Source of the DNA: Nannocystales bacterium
GTDB taxonomy: Bacteria > Myxococcota_A > Polyangia > Nannocystales > Nannocystaceae
DNA length: 64,000 nt
NCBI GenBank assembly: GCA_050633305.1
Contig: JBOEGF010000010.1
Coordinates: forward strand, 800,001 to 864,000
Direction of reading: 5' to 3'
The notes beneath the pieces were generated by a model. The model was not told where the DNA came from and made no database searches. It worked only from the letters and a program-made list of their open reading frames with translations. Shown piece after piece: positions 1-10,171 of the stretch. Position 1 is the stretch's first letter. Each line of letters begins with the position of its first letter. Both the position numbers and the translations under genes were made by a program.

Positions 1-1005
1 CTGCGGTCCCCCGTTGCGCTGATGCGGCGGGAGGTCGTTCTTCCCGAGCGAGCCATCGAGCGCCTCACGCCGGCACAGCAGCATGGGATGATCGCGCACG
101 AGCTCGCACACCTTCAGCGCCGAGACCCCCAGTGGGCTCTGGTCACCGCGGTGTTCGAGGCGGCCTTCGTGTTTCAGCCCCTCAACCACCTCGCGCGTCG
201 AAAGCTGCAGGAGCTCGCCGAGTTCCAGTGCGATGATTGGGCGGCGAAGTCGACCGGTGGCGGCACGCATCTGGCCAAGTGCTTGGCCGAGGTTGCGTCG
301 TGGCTCGACGACAGCCGCACCTCCGCATTGTCGGTCGCGATGGCGGACCGGGATTCGCCCGTCGTTCGGCGGATCACACGTCTGCTCCACGGTCGGAGGA
401 AGGGTGGCGTGGGCTCGGTCAGCCCGGTGGTCCGAGTGGGATGCGGCACGCTGATGCTCGGCAGCGCGATCTGGCTGGCTCCCAGTGTTGCACCCGCGGC
501 CGAGGTCGATCGTCATCGAATTGCGGTCGCCCCGCCCTCGGATGTCTCCGAGTCCACCGTGACGGTGCGAGAGCTTGGGGGCGAGTTCGGGCAGCGGAGA
601 TCGGCCGTCGTCATCGAGCGCGAAGACGAGCGCGTCGCGGTCCACGTCGACCGGAAGCAGGCGCCACCCCCGATCCCGGAGCCGGTCGATTCCGGCGACC
701 GGATCATCATTCAGGGCTTCTACAGCGACTCGTTTCCGTTCGGGTCCGGATGTGGCTCGGTCGATGTCGAGGTCGATCTCGACGGTCTCGAGGCGGAGAT
801 CGAAGGGGCGATCGGGCTCGGGTTTCCGTTCAGTTCCAGCTGCGACCGGCGTCGCGAGAAACTCGAGCGGAAGCGCGAAAAGCTACACCGCAAGCACCGG
901 AGGCTGGAGCGCAAGCACAGGAACTGGGAGCGTCGACACGAGCGGCACCTGCGGCGCGAAAACCCACGCGAAGTCGAGGCTGAGCCTGGGGTGTTCCACC
1001 TGTAG
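1..1005 (+). CDS. M56 (BlaR1/MecR1-like) metallopeptidase domain protein, 5'-truncated by the window edge
   Basis: IAHELAHLQRRD zinc motif and EFQCDDWA motif, then a hydrophobic segment and a highly charged C-tail; frame is open from base 1. Confidence 0.85.
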   Translation: MRSPVALMRREVVLPERAIERLTPAQQHGMIAHELAHLQRRDPQWALVTAVFEAAFVFQPLNHLARRKLQELAEFQCDDWAAKSTGGGTHLAKCLAEVASWLDDSRTSALSVAMADRDSPVVRRITRLLHGRRKGGVGSVSPVVRVGCGTLMLGSAIWLAPSVAPAAEVDRHRIAVAPPSDVSESTVTVRELGGEFGQRRSAVVIEREDERVAVHVDRKQAPPPIPEPVDSGDRIIIQGFYSDSFPFGSGCGSVDVEVDLDGLEAEIEGAIGLGFPFSSSCDRRREKLERKREKLHRKHRRLERKHRNWERRHERHLRRENPREVEAEPGVFHL

Positions 1006-1159
1006 CGACACTCACGGCAACGACGGATCCGAGGCCACATCGCACCCCGAGCGTTGTGGCCTCGACTCGTTTCGGAAGCCGCTGCGGCGCAGTCAGCGGC
1101 ACGCACGCGGTCGTTTCGTGGCGTTCGGCCGCGCGGTGACGTAGCGTGGGACGCAGCGC

Positions 1160-4100
1160 ATGGGGGCCGCCGAACAGCCCGCGGATTCTGCTTCGACCGC
1201 CGAGCGGTTGATCGGGTCGCGGTATCGGATCCTGGGCACCCTGGGCGAGGGGGGCATGGGCGCGGTCCATCGCGTGCAGGACATCACGACCGGCCGCATC
1301 GTTGCGCTCAAGACCATGAGTCGCGACCACGACGGCCGCGGTCTGCTGCGATTCCGGCGGGAGTTCCACTCGCTGGCCCACCTCGTGCATCCCCGGATCA
1401 TCGAGGCCTACAACTTCGGCATCGACGACTCGGGCCCGTTCTACACGATGGAGCTGCTCGAGGGCGCAGACCTCAAGGACATGGGCCGGCAGCCGTGGTC
1501 TCGGGCGTGCAGCATCCTGCGAGACGTTGCGGCCGCGCTCGCGCTCTTGCACGCGCGCGGGATGATTCATCGCGACATCGCGCCGAGAAACGTCCGCTGC
1601 ACCCCGGACGGTCACGCGAAGCTGTTCGACTTTGGTCTGCTCGCCACGGTGGGGTTGGCGGGCGATGTCGCGGGCACGCCAGCGTGCATCGCTCCAGAGA
1701 ACCTCCGGGGGCTTCCGCTCGACGACCGGACCGACTTGTATGGCTTGGGCACGTTGGCCTACTGGATGTTGACCGGGCGGTATCCGTACCAGCCGCGTAG
1801 CCTCGCCGACCTGGAAACGATGTGGCGTCGGCCTCCGCCCGCACTCGAGGCGTTCGACCCGGACATTCCCGAACAGCTGCGTGATCTCGTCGGGCGGATG
1901 TTGTGCCTGGATCCGCTGGGACGTCCGGCCAACGCTGCAGAGGTCATCGATCGGCTACAAGCGGTGGCCGAGCTTCCCGAGGAACCCGGCCTCTTGATTC
2001 GCGAGGGCTACCTCGCCAGCGCTGCCATGGTTGGGCGGCGGCGCGAGATGGAGCTGTTCGAGGGATGCACCAAGCAAGCGCGACAAGGGCACGGTCGGGC
2101 GGTGTTCGTCGAGGCCCCGACCGGGACCGGAAAGAGCCGGTTGCTCGCAGAGTTCGGACTGACTGCGCAGCTGGCGGGCATGACTGCGCTCTCAGCCAGC
2201 GCTGAGTCTGCCCGGTGGGATTCGTATGGCGTGATCCGAGGCTTGGTCGAGGCCGCCATCGCGGCTCGTCCCGACGACATCCCGCAACTGCCGCGGCCGG
2301 CTGCATCGGTACTGGCCCGCGTCTTCGAGGACCTTGCGGACAAGCTTGGAGAGGTCCATCCCACCGAAGCCGTCGCGGAGCCGGCCGAAGAGCGCCTCCG
2401 AATCCAGGGAGCGATGACCCAGTGGTTGGTGGCGCTGGCGACGGTCCATCCGGTGGCGTTGTTCGTCGACGATGTACAGCGATGCGACGAGGCTTCGGCG
2501 GCCGTGTTGGCGGCGCTCGCTCGCGGAGCCGAGGCGCATGCCCTCCTGGTGGTGGCGGCCCTGCGGACCCAAGAAGACATCCGTGCTCCAGCTGCGGTAG
2601 ACGCTCTACGTGAGGCGGATGTGTGTCTTCGGCTGCAGGGGCTCCAGGCGGTTGAGGTCTCGGAGCTTGCGCGCTCCTTGTTCGGAGATGCGCCGCATGT
2701 CGAGCGTCTTGCAGAGTGGCTCCTTCGCAGTGGAGGGGGTTCACCGCTTCACTGCACAGAGTTGGCCCGCATGTTGGTCGACGAAGAGCGAGCCCGGTTG
2801 GTTGACGGCGAGTGGATTCTCCCGACGAACTACGACGACCGCTCCATTCCACCGGGCCTCGTTCAGGCGATGGACCGAAGAGTGGCCCGTCTCAGTTCCG
2901 ACGCACGGAGGGTCGCAGAGATCCTGGCCGTGACAGGGCGCGACTTCGACCTTTCTTGGATCCGCGGTCTGCTCGAAGACGCCGAGCACGACGACCTCTT
3001 TGCCGCGATCGACGAACTCGTCCAGGAGTCCGTCCTGGTCGGGGATGGTGAGCATTACGCGTTTCGCCACGATGGGCTCCGGGAGGCGGTGTTGCGTGGG
3101 GTCACGGAACCGCGCGCTGCCGAGCTGCACGGTCGGGTTGGCGAAGCTCTGCAGGCTGCGATGGGGCGCGGAGAGGCTCCAGACCGAGAGGCCGAGGTGG
3201 GCTTTCACTTGCTGCGCAGCGGGCATGGCGACGCCGCCGCGGAGTACCTGGCCAAGGCTGGGACCCGCCTGTTTGAGGTCCAAGCGCTCAGTGACTGCAT
3301 TGCGCCGCTCGAGGCCGCGGTGGGTGTGTACGAACGCACCGACCCCGAGCGTCCCGAGCTCCTGCAGCTCCGCTTCATGTTGGTCGCGGCTGGGTGGATC
3401 AGCGACCGTGCTGCAGGGCAGCGACACATGCTCGCCGCGGTCACGAGCCTACGCGATCACGCCGGCATCACGCACGCCGACCGCGTTGGCCGGGTGCTTG
3501 GAAGGCATCTTGGACTCATCATCGGGTTCGGCTGGGCGTCGGTGGCATGGCTCTTTCGTGCAAGAGCGCGCCGCGGTCCTCCGCCATGGTCCGCGGTCTC
3601 GACGTTCGCCGTGACGATCGGCTACGCGTGCGCGATGGAGTACGCCAACCACTCGCTTGGCGGCCTGCAACGCTTGATCGACCTGGTTCGCCCTCTGTCG
3701 GTGTTCAAGAAGAGTCTGGGCTATGCGGTGCACCTTGGCCTCGCGGCGTTTCCCGACCTCCTTCTGGGGCGACTGGCGGACGCGCACGCGAAGCTCAACG
3801 ATGCCCTCGAGCTGGTGGAGAACGACACCTTTGGCGTGCTCTCCGACTTCGAGCGGCGGTTTTCGATCGGGGGGATTCGCTCCCTGATCGCACAGATCCA
3901 GGTCACCAATCTCGATCCAAAACTCGAGGAGAACCTCCAGGGGATGCGCGATGTGAACCTCCTGTACCACTCGCTTGTCGCCGACACGTTTTCGATGGCG
4001 GCGATGCGATTCCGCGGACGAGAGCGCGAGGCCAAGGCTCTGGGGGACTCCCTCGAAGCCGTTTCGGTTCAGCTCGGTTCGTGGTCGACCGACGTCCAGC

Positions 4101-4855
4101 ATGTACTGTTTAGCCATCCTGGATACGGGCTTTGCGGCGATGTTCTGGGACTCAAGCGGATGGCCGACAAGCTCGAGCGCTTGTGCGGGCAGGGCTTCGA
4201 CTTTCGAGCACGGTTGTCGCTGACACGTGGCGAGTACCACCGCTGTCGCGGCGAGCTGGGCGAGGCGAAGGGGTTGCTGGAGCAGGCTCTGACGCAACTG
4301 CACGACGATGAGATGCTCACCCGCGTGTGGATCGAGGCGGCGCTGGCCGAGGTTCTCCTTGGGCAAGGGGAGCCCGTCGCGGCTCAGGACGTCGCCGAGC
4401 GAGTGGTTGAACGCGCGGAATCGGGGGTGTTGTGCCAGCGCTCGGTCGAGATCCGCGCAAACCGAGCCCTTGCGCTTGCCGAAGCGGAGCAGGGCCTCAT
4501 CGCCGATGCGGTGGTGCGGTTGGACCGCGTGATCGAATGGGCGCGCGACGCAGAAGCGGTGGCCCTGGTCGGGCTGTGCCACGAAACGAGAGCCCGTGTG
4601 TCTCTGATGGCCGACGACTACGCCGGGTTCCTGTTTCACAGCGCCGAGACGAGTCGTTGGCTTCGGCCCACCGGAAACACAGCCTTGATTGCCGTCGCCG
4701 AGAAACTGGTCGAACTCGCGGCTGGACCCGACAGCGATACGTCTGTCGATGCCGCGGTCTCCGATTCTACGACCGCGGTGACGACGAGCGGCGGGCCGAG
4801 CGGTGGCTCGGTGTCCGGGGTCTCGCTCGCCGACCAACGGGGTACGGTCCAGTGA
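1160..4855 (+). CDS. Ser/Thr protein kinase fused to an AAA/STAND-like ATPase and helical repeat region
   Basis: LGEGGMGAV, VALK, HRDIAPRN, DFG and APE kinase motifs; Walker A APTGTGKS; Walker B LFVDD; GGSPL motif. Confidence 0.9.
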   Translation: MGAAEQPADSASTAERLIGSRYRILGTLGEGGMGAVHRVQDITTGRIVALKTMSRDHDGRGLLRFRREFHSLAHLVHPRIIEAYNFGIDDSGPFYTMELLEGADLKDMGRQPWSRACSILRDVAAALALLHARGMIHRDIAPRNVRCTPDGHAKLFDFGLLATVGLAGDVAGTPACIAPENLRGLPLDDRTDLYGLGTLAYWMLTGRYPYQPRSLADLETMWRRPPPALEAFDPDIPEQLRDLVGRMLCLDPLGRPANAAEVIDRLQAVAELPEEPGLLIREGYLASAAMVGRRREMELFEGCTKQARQGHGRAVFVEAPTGTGKSRLLAEFGLTAQLAGMTALSASAESARWDSYGVIRGLVEAAIAARPDDIPQLPRPAASVLARVFEDLADKLGEVHPTEAVAEPAEERLRIQGAMTQWLVALATVHPVALFVDDVQRCDEASAAVLAALARGAEAHALLVVAALRTQEDIRAPAAVDALREADVCLRLQGLQAVEVSELARSLFGDAPHVERLAEWLLRSGGGSPLHCTELARMLVDEERARLVDGEWILPTNYDDRSIPPGLVQAMDRRVARLSSDARRVAEILAVTGRDFDLSWIRGLLEDAEHDDLFAAIDELVQESVLVGDGEHYAFRHDGLREAVLRGVTEPRAAELHGRVGEALQAAMGRGEAPDREAEVGFHLLRSGHGDAAAEYLAKAGTRLFEVQALSDCIAPLEAAVGVYERTDPERPELLQLRFMLVAAGWISDRAAGQRHMLAAVTSLRDHAGITHADRVGRVLGRHLGLIIGFGWASVAWLFRARARRGPPPWSAVSTFAVTIGYACAMEYANHSLGGLQRLIDLVRPLSVFKKSLGYAVHLGLAAFPDLLLGRLADAHAKLNDALELVENDTFGVLSDFERRFSIGGIRSLIAQIQVTNLDPKLEENLQGMRDVNLLYHSLVADTFSMAAMRFRGREREAKALGDSLEAVSVQLGSWSTDVQHVLFSHPGYGLCGDVLGLKRMADKLERLCGQGFDFRARLSLTRGEYHRCRGELGEAKGLLEQALTQLHDDEMLTRVWIEAALAEVLLGQGEPVAAQDVAERVVERAESGVLCQRSVEIRANRALALAEAEQGLIADAVVRLDRVIEWARDAEAVALVGLCHETRARVSLMADDYAGFLFHSAETSRWLRPTGNTALIAVAEKLVELAAGPDSDTSVDAAVSDSTTAVTTSGGPSGGSVSGVSLADQRGTVQ

Positions 4856-5862
4856 TCCGCGCGTTAGGGCGACGGGTGCGAGCGGCCGCGCACGGGGTCG
4901 CTGACGAGTTGCTCACCCGCGCGGTGGGTGGTCCCAAACTCTACTCCGAGGGGTTCGGGTCTCTGGACGAGCTCGACGCCTTGGTCGAGACAATCCGAGA
5001 CTACGACGCGAGCGAGCCCCCGAGTGGCATCGCGATGCACTGGGGAGAGCGTTGGACCTCGTCCAGCGCGAGGGTCCGAGTCGGTACGTTCGAGAGTCCT
5101 GCGGCATCCATGCTGCCACCACGAACCCGTCGGGCATCGGTCGAGTTCCACGAGCCACTTCGCGGCGCGACCGGCCAGGTCTGCCTGCTGCTCGCCGCGA
5201 CCGGGGAGGAGGGCTACACGCTTCGACGACGCTTGGTCGGGGACCTCCTGGCCGAGGGCATTGCAGCGCTGTTGCTCGAGAACCCGTTTTATGGGAGCCG
5301 CCGACCGCAGGGGCAGCGCTTCTCCCTCCTACGAACGGTTCGCGACCAGTTTGCGATGAACACTGCGACCGTGGACGAGGCGCGTGCACTGCTGGGGTGG
5401 ATTCGAGATGAGGGCTACGTTCCCGGCGCTTCGGGGTACAGCCAAGGCGGCATGATGACCTCGTTCGGTGCTGCGCTGTGTAACTTCCCCGTGGCCGCGG
5501 TCCCGTGCGCCTCGGGGCTCCGTGCTGCGCCCGTCTTCACGGAGAACGCTCTGCAGCGACGCTTCGATTGGGGAGCGCTCGCAGACGCCTTCGGGAGCGA
5601 ATCCGCGGCTCGCCGCCACTTCGCCGAGTGCCTCGAGCCTGTGGACGTGGGGCGATTCCCTCCGCCCCTGCACCCGGCCGCGGCCATCGTGGTTGGAGCT
5701 CGGTACGACGGGTACATTCCCGAAGCCGAGGTCGAAGCGTTGCATCGGCATTGGCCTGGCTCGGAGTTGCGGTGGGTGGAGACGGGGCACCTGACCGGTG
5801 CGTTGCTCGGCAAGCGTGCCCATCTTCGGGCGATCGTCGATGCGTTCGGCCGCATGCCTTGA
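4852..5862 (+). CDS. alpha/beta hydrolase, ABHD18/DUF2048-like
   Basis: LENPFYGSRRP, nucleophile elbow GYSQGG, GARYDGYIP, HWPGSELRWVETGH; GTG start overlaps the kinase stop (GTGA). Confidence 0.8.
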   Translation: MIRALGRRVRAAAHGVADELLTRAVGGPKLYSEGFGSLDELDALVETIRDYDASEPPSGIAMHWGERWTSSSARVRVGTFESPAASMLPPRTRRASVEFHEPLRGATGQVCLLLAATGEEGYTLRRRLVGDLLAEGIAALLLENPFYGSRRPQGQRFSLLRTVRDQFAMNTATVDEARALLGWIRDEGYVPGASGYSQGGMMTSFGAALCNFPVAAVPCASGLRAAPVFTENALQRRFDWGALADAFGSESAARRHFAECLEPVDVGRFPPPLHPAAAIVVGARYDGYIPEAEVEALHRHWPGSELRWVETGHLTGALLGKRAHLRAIVDAFGRMP

Positions 5863-5883
5863 GTTGGCGGTAGGCTCGGGCCG

Positions 5884-6540
5884 ATGCCCACAGATCTCCC
5901 ACTCACGCTCGACTCGGGGACGGCACTGTGGGTCGACGCTGCGGGCACGTTGCTTCACCCCGCGAGGCCGGTCGCGGACGTCTATGCCGAGCACGCGGGG
6001 GCGTTGGGCCACCGGGTCGAGTCCGACGAGGTCGCAAGCCGGCTCGGTCCGGCGATGCGGACCCATCGTCCACTGCGAAGCGGGGACCGGACGTGGCGTC
6101 GCTACTGGGACGCCGTGGTTTCAACGTCGATTGGTGCGGACGACCCCGCTTGCTTTGAGCAGCTTTACGCCCACTACGAGCGACCCGAGGCCTGGCGTGT
6201 GGAGCCCGATGCTCGGGAGTGTCTGGGGCTCCTTCGCGCCCGCGGAGTCCGGCTAGCCTTGATCTCAAATTGGGACGACCGGCTGCGCTCGACGCTCGAA
6301 GGACTGGGCCTTGTTTCCGTCTTCGATGCGCTGCTGATCTCGGGAGAGGAGGGCGTCGAAAAGCCGGACGCAGAGATCTTCCTCCGTGCGGCTCACCGGC
6401 TTAGAATCGCCCCTGAGCGCAGTCTCATGGTGGGGGATGACCCCGATACCGACGCGGTTGGAGCCCGCTCTGTGGGGGCATTCGTGATTGAGTTTGGTAG
6501 TGAAATCAATGGTTTCCGGGACTTGCTGGCAGCTTCATGA
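5884..6540 (+). CDS. HAD-superfamily hydrolase (REG-2/HDHD3-like)
   Basis: DAAGTL, ISNWD, EKPD and MVGDD motifs. Confidence 0.88.
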   Translation: MPTDLPLTLDSGTALWVDAAGTLLHPARPVADVYAEHAGALGHRVESDEVASRLGPAMRTHRPLRSGDRTWRRYWDAVVSTSIGADDPACFEQLYAHYERPEAWRVEPDARECLGLLRARGVRLALISNWDDRLRSTLEGLGLVSVFDALLISGEEGVEKPDAEIFLRAAHRLRIAPERSLMVGDDPDTDAVGARSVGAFVIEFGSEINGFRDLLAAS

Positions 6541-6622
6541 CGATAAATTGTCGATCCGTGACGCCCAGCACCATGGGGTCGGCGCTACGGTTCGTTCACC
6601 TCGCAAGAGGAAGGTTCCACTC

Positions 6623-7051
6623 ATGTCCAAGATCAAGTTCATCCTCCCGCTCTTCATGCTCTTCGCTCCCGCTTGCGACGACGCTGCCAAGGACGCGAAA
6701 GACGGCGCCAAGAAAGCCGGCGCGGCTGCCAAAGACGGCGCCAAGGCTGCAGGCGACGCTGCGAAAGACGGAGCCAAGAAGGCCGGCGACGCTGCTGAAA
6801 AAGCTGGCGACGCCGCGAAAGAAGCTGGCGCTGCTGGTGCCGAGGCTGCCAAGGCCGGAGCCGCTGCTGCAGGTGACGCAGCCGCTGCTGCAGGCGACGC
6901 TGCCAAGGCTGCCGGCGCAGCTGGTGCTGAAGCCGCCAAGGACGGCGCAGCTGCTGCGGGCGACGCTGCCGCTGCTGCGGGCGACGCTGCCAAAGAAGGC
7001 GCCGAGAAGGCCGCCGACGCCGCTGCCGGCGAAGAGAAAAAGGCCGAGTAA
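6623..7051 (+). CDS. Ala/Lys/Asp-rich repetitive lipoprotein (LEA-like)
   Basis: AGGAAGG RBS; signal peptide with APAC lipobox; DAAKDGAKKAG-type repeats; followed by a terminator. Confidence 0.8.
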   Translation: MSKIKFILPLFMLFAPACDDAAKDAKDGAKKAGAAAKDGAKAAGDAAKDGAKKAGDAAEKAGDAAKEAGAAGAEAAKAGAAAAGDAAAAAGDAAKAAGAAGAEAAKDGAAAAGDAAAAAGDAAKEGAEKAADAAAGEEKKAE

Positions 7052-7071
7052 GTCGCCTTCGCAGGCACTCT

Positions 7072-7104
7072 AAAAGGGCGGGCCTTCCGGGGCTCGCCTT
7101 TTTT
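7072..7104 (+). terminator. intrinsic terminator, probably bidirectional
   Basis: aaaagggcgggcc-ttccg-gggctcgcctttttt: GC stem flanked by an A tract and a T tract. Confidence 0.8.
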
Positions 7105-7166
7105 GTGCGCGAGGGTTGAGATCGGATCGACAGCGGCACTCCACGTTTTTGAGATAGCCTCTCCGG

Positions 7167-8120
7167 ATGGACTGCCGTTGGCTGATTCTTGCTGCCGCGT
7201 TCTCGGGGTGCTTCTCAGAGCCGCCGAGTTCGGAGCCCGGAGATTCTTCGGAGACGAGCTCGGACTCCACGTCGACGTCCGGCTCGGACTCCGAAAACAA
7301 CTCGGGATCGAGCACGGGTATGGCGAGCGCAAGCGCCGAGGGCTCGAGTCTCGGACAGACGACCGGAGGTTCCTCGGCCGGTACGACGACGTCTGGGGAC
7401 GAGACGACCGGTGACCTCCCTCCGGGGTCCTTCTGCGAAGGTCTCGCCGCAGACAATCTTCTGGCGTGCCGCGACTTCGACGGCGGGGACCAGGTCGGCT
7501 GGGACCCGTATCCAGCGGCCGGGTTCATGCGCACGGAGGACGCCAGTTCCCCGCCTGCCCACAGCCCGCCAAACTTCGCCCATATCGCCCGGCAGGACAC
7601 CGACGGTCCTCTGGGCCCCGTGCAGGCTCTCTTCGGCTCCGAGTTCTCATTGACCGAATTCGCCGGGGCGTCGATCGGGATGGAGGTCCGCTTTCCCCCA
7701 GATTTCGAAGACCGGTGCGGACCGGACCCGATTCGGCTGTTCGAGATCCGCTATGGCGCGGAAGGAGCCTTCACCAACGTAATCCTGGAGGCGTCCCTTT
7801 CCGAGGTTCTGGTCTACGTGGTCTCCGACGGGACCGCCACGGTCCTCACCCAGACCGATGTGTTGAGTCCGCCGCCTCAGAACGGGTGGTACCGACTCGA
7901 CCTCTCGTTGGTGGTCGGCGATGGGGCCGGGGGAGCTTCGTTCTCGATGGCCGGAGAACTCGTTCCGCCAGCGATGTTGCCGGTGACATCCTTCACCCCG
8001 GAAGGCCAGCTCGTGAGCGTCAACGTGGGCCCCTGGTTCGAAGATGGCCACGCCCCGCCGGCTGGGTGCAACTACGACCTCGACGATCTTCGCCTCGAGG
8101 GCATTCCGCGGATGCCCTGA
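7167..8120 (+). CDS. hypothetical lipoprotein with Ser/Thr-rich spacer
   Basis: FSGC lipobox, S/T/G linker, beta-rich C-terminal domain. Confidence 0.7.
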   Translation: MDCRWLILAAAFSGCFSEPPSSEPGDSSETSSDSTSTSGSDSENNSGSSTGMASASAEGSSLGQTTGGSSAGTTTSGDETTGDLPPGSFCEGLAADNLLACRDFDGGDQVGWDPYPAAGFMRTEDASSPPAHSPPNFAHIARQDTDGPLGPVQALFGSEFSLTEFAGASIGMEVRFPPDFEDRCGPDPIRLFEIRYGAEGAFTNVILEASLSEVLVYVVSDGTATVLTQTDVLSPPPQNGWYRLDLSLVVGDGAGGASFSMAGELVPPAMLPVTSFTPEGQLVSVNVGPWFEDGHAPPAGCNYDLDDLRLEGIPRMP

Positions 8121-8134
8121 GCGTTGGGCTCGGC

Positions 8135-10171
8135 TTACGCGGGCGGTTCGAAGAACACCGTCACGGCGTCGGTCCCGGACTCCATGGGTCCGGGTGGAAC
8201 ATCCTGCATCACCGCGATACCGGTCCCCTGGGCCACGAGTCGGATGTCGGCACCGTCGGCTGCGTCGAGCGCTTCGACCAGGCTCAGTCCGGTGAAGTCC
8301 GGCAGACCGCCATCGACGGAGATGGGGCGTTGTCCGGGGAGCTCAGGCTCGACGTCTCCCAGGGGGGTGAAGCCGTCGACGAGCTTGGTGTTGTTGGTCA
8401 TCAACAGCAGGGGGTCGGGGCTGGGGCGTGAGCCGTCGTCGCGTGGCACACCCATGTGCAACATGACGCGCTTGCCAAGACGCGCGAACGTGGGAGCGGC
8501 GACCTCGTTTCCGTAGTGGCCTCCGACTGGGTTGTCGACGCTGACAAGAATGACGACGCGTGGATCTTTGGCCGGGACCGCACCGACGAATGATGCGAAG
8601 TACTCGTCCTCTGCGTACCCGCCCGACTTGGACGCTTTTTGTGCGGTCGAGGTCTTGCCCGCCACCCGGTAGCCGTCGATGAGCGCGTTCTTCCCGGTGC
8701 CCTTCTTCGAGTGCACGACGTTCTCCAGCATCTCCAAGACCGTGTCCGCGGTGGAGGTCCGGACAACTCGTTCGGGCTCCTTGCGGTCCAGCGGGGCCTC
8801 GTTGCCGTCGTGGTCGAGCACGGCGCGGATGATGGTGGGCGGGTGGTACGTGCCGCCGTTCGCAAGGACAGAGAAAGCCGCCGCCACCTGCAGCGGGCTT
8901 GCGCTCATCCCCTGGCCGAACGAGATGTTGGCGCCCTGGATGTCGGACCACTTGTTCCAATCGTCCAGCGTGCCCCGGGTGGCGCCCGGCAACTCGATGG
9001 CCGGTCGCTCGCCGAAGTGGAACCGTCGAACCCACTTGTCGAGGTTCTGCGCCCGGAGTCGGTCGTAGATCTTGGTCGTGCAGATGTTCGAGGAGACCGC
9101 GAGGATCTCGGAGATGCTCAGCCACTCGAGCTGCTTGGTGTCGCGGATGGCGTGGTCCTCGGTGTACTGCCATCGCCCGTTTTCGCAGAAGAAGCTCTCG
9201 TCGCGGCGGATGACGCCCTGCTCGAGTGCGGCGGCGACGGTGATCGCCTTCATCGTGGAGCCTGGCTCGAACGCTCGGTTCACCGCGTGGTTCACCGTCT
9301 GATCGATATCGTCGATGCCGTGGTTGGGGTCAAACGTGGGCCGGCTGGCCATGGCCAGAACCTCGCCGTTGCGCGGGTCGACCACCAGCACGCTCGCGCT
9401 CACCGGAGTCCAGTTCTCGACAAGCGTGTTGATCTCTTCCTCGACCATCGCTTGGAGCGCGGAGTCGAGGGTGAGCACGACGGTGTTTCCGCGCGAGACA
9501 CTCGGGTCAGGATGACCGTCCACCAGCAGTTTCTGGCCGCGGGCGAAGTACGCGGGGCTCATGGCGTCGCGTCCCTTGAGGAACTCGTCCATGCCGTACT
9601 CGATGCCGAGGTTTCCCGAGCCTTCGGCGCTCACGCGACCGAGCGCCTGCGAGGCGAGCAGCTTTCGCGGATACACGCGGTGCGGCATCGGTTCCAGTCG
9701 AACCCCGGGAAGTCGAGCTTCGCGGATCGCTTTCGCCTGGGCATCGTCGAGCTGCATACGAAGCTGTCGGTAGGCCTTGTCGCGTGAGAGTTCGTCTCGG
9801 AGGTAAGCAGCGTCCTCGAGCGGGAAGAGCTCCATGACCTTGGCGACCACGGCTTCGGTTGCGCCCTGTCCAGCGATGAGCCGGGGGTTGAGCACGATCT
9901 TGTGCACTCGGTCCGTGACCGCGAGTGCGATGTAGTTGCGATCGACGATGTCGCCTCGGCTCGCGCGGACCCGATACGAGCGAAGTTGTTGCCGGTTGCC
10001 GAGGTCAGCGTAGTGCTCGTGTTGGACCACGGACACCTGATAGGCGCGCCAGATCAGGCCCAGCATCGAAACGCCAAGGACCGCTGCGACGAGCAGCGAA
10101 CGCAAGCGCACCGACGCGAGGTCGGTCGCCATCGGCTTGACGATCTCCTTGTGGCGATGCAGGAGGTTCAT
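8135..10171 (-). CDS. ftsI: class B penicillin-binding protein (FtsI/PBP3) with C-terminal PASTA domain
   Basis: RGDIVDRN, EPGSTMK (SxxK), SSN and KTST motifs; downstream of ftsL and rsmH. Confidence 0.92.
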   Translation of the reverse strand: MNLLHRHKEIVKPMATDLASVRLRSLLVAAVLGVSMLGLIWRAYQVSVVQHEHYADLGNRQQLRSYRVRASRGDIVDRNYIALAVTDRVHKIVLNPRLIAGQGATEAVVAKVMELFPLEDAAYLRDELSRDKAYRQLRMQLDDAQAKAIREARLPGVRLEPMPHRVYPRKLLASQALGRVSAEGSGNLGIEYGMDEFLKGRDAMSPAYFARGQKLLVDGHPDPSVSRGNTVVLTLDSALQAMVEEEINTLVENWTPVSASVLVVDPRNGEVLAMASRPTFDPNHGIDDIDQTVNHAVNRAFEPGSTMKAITVAAALEQGVIRRDESFFCENGRWQYTEDHAIRDTKQLEWLSISEILAVSSNICTTKIYDRLRAQNLDKWVRRFHFGERPAIELPGATRGTLDDWNKWSDIQGANISFGQGMSASPLQVAAAFSVLANGGTYHPPTIIRAVLDHDGNEAPLDRKEPERVVRTSTADTVLEMLENVVHSKKGTGKNALIDGYRVAGKTSTAQKASKSGGYAEDEYFASFVGAVPAKDPRVVILVSVDNPVGGHYGNEVAAPTFARLGKRVMLHMGVPRDDGSRPSPDPLLLMTNNTKLVDGFTPLGDVEPELPGQRPISVDGGLPDFTGLSLVEALDAADGADIRLVAQGTGIAVMQDVPPGPMESGTDAVTVFFEPPA

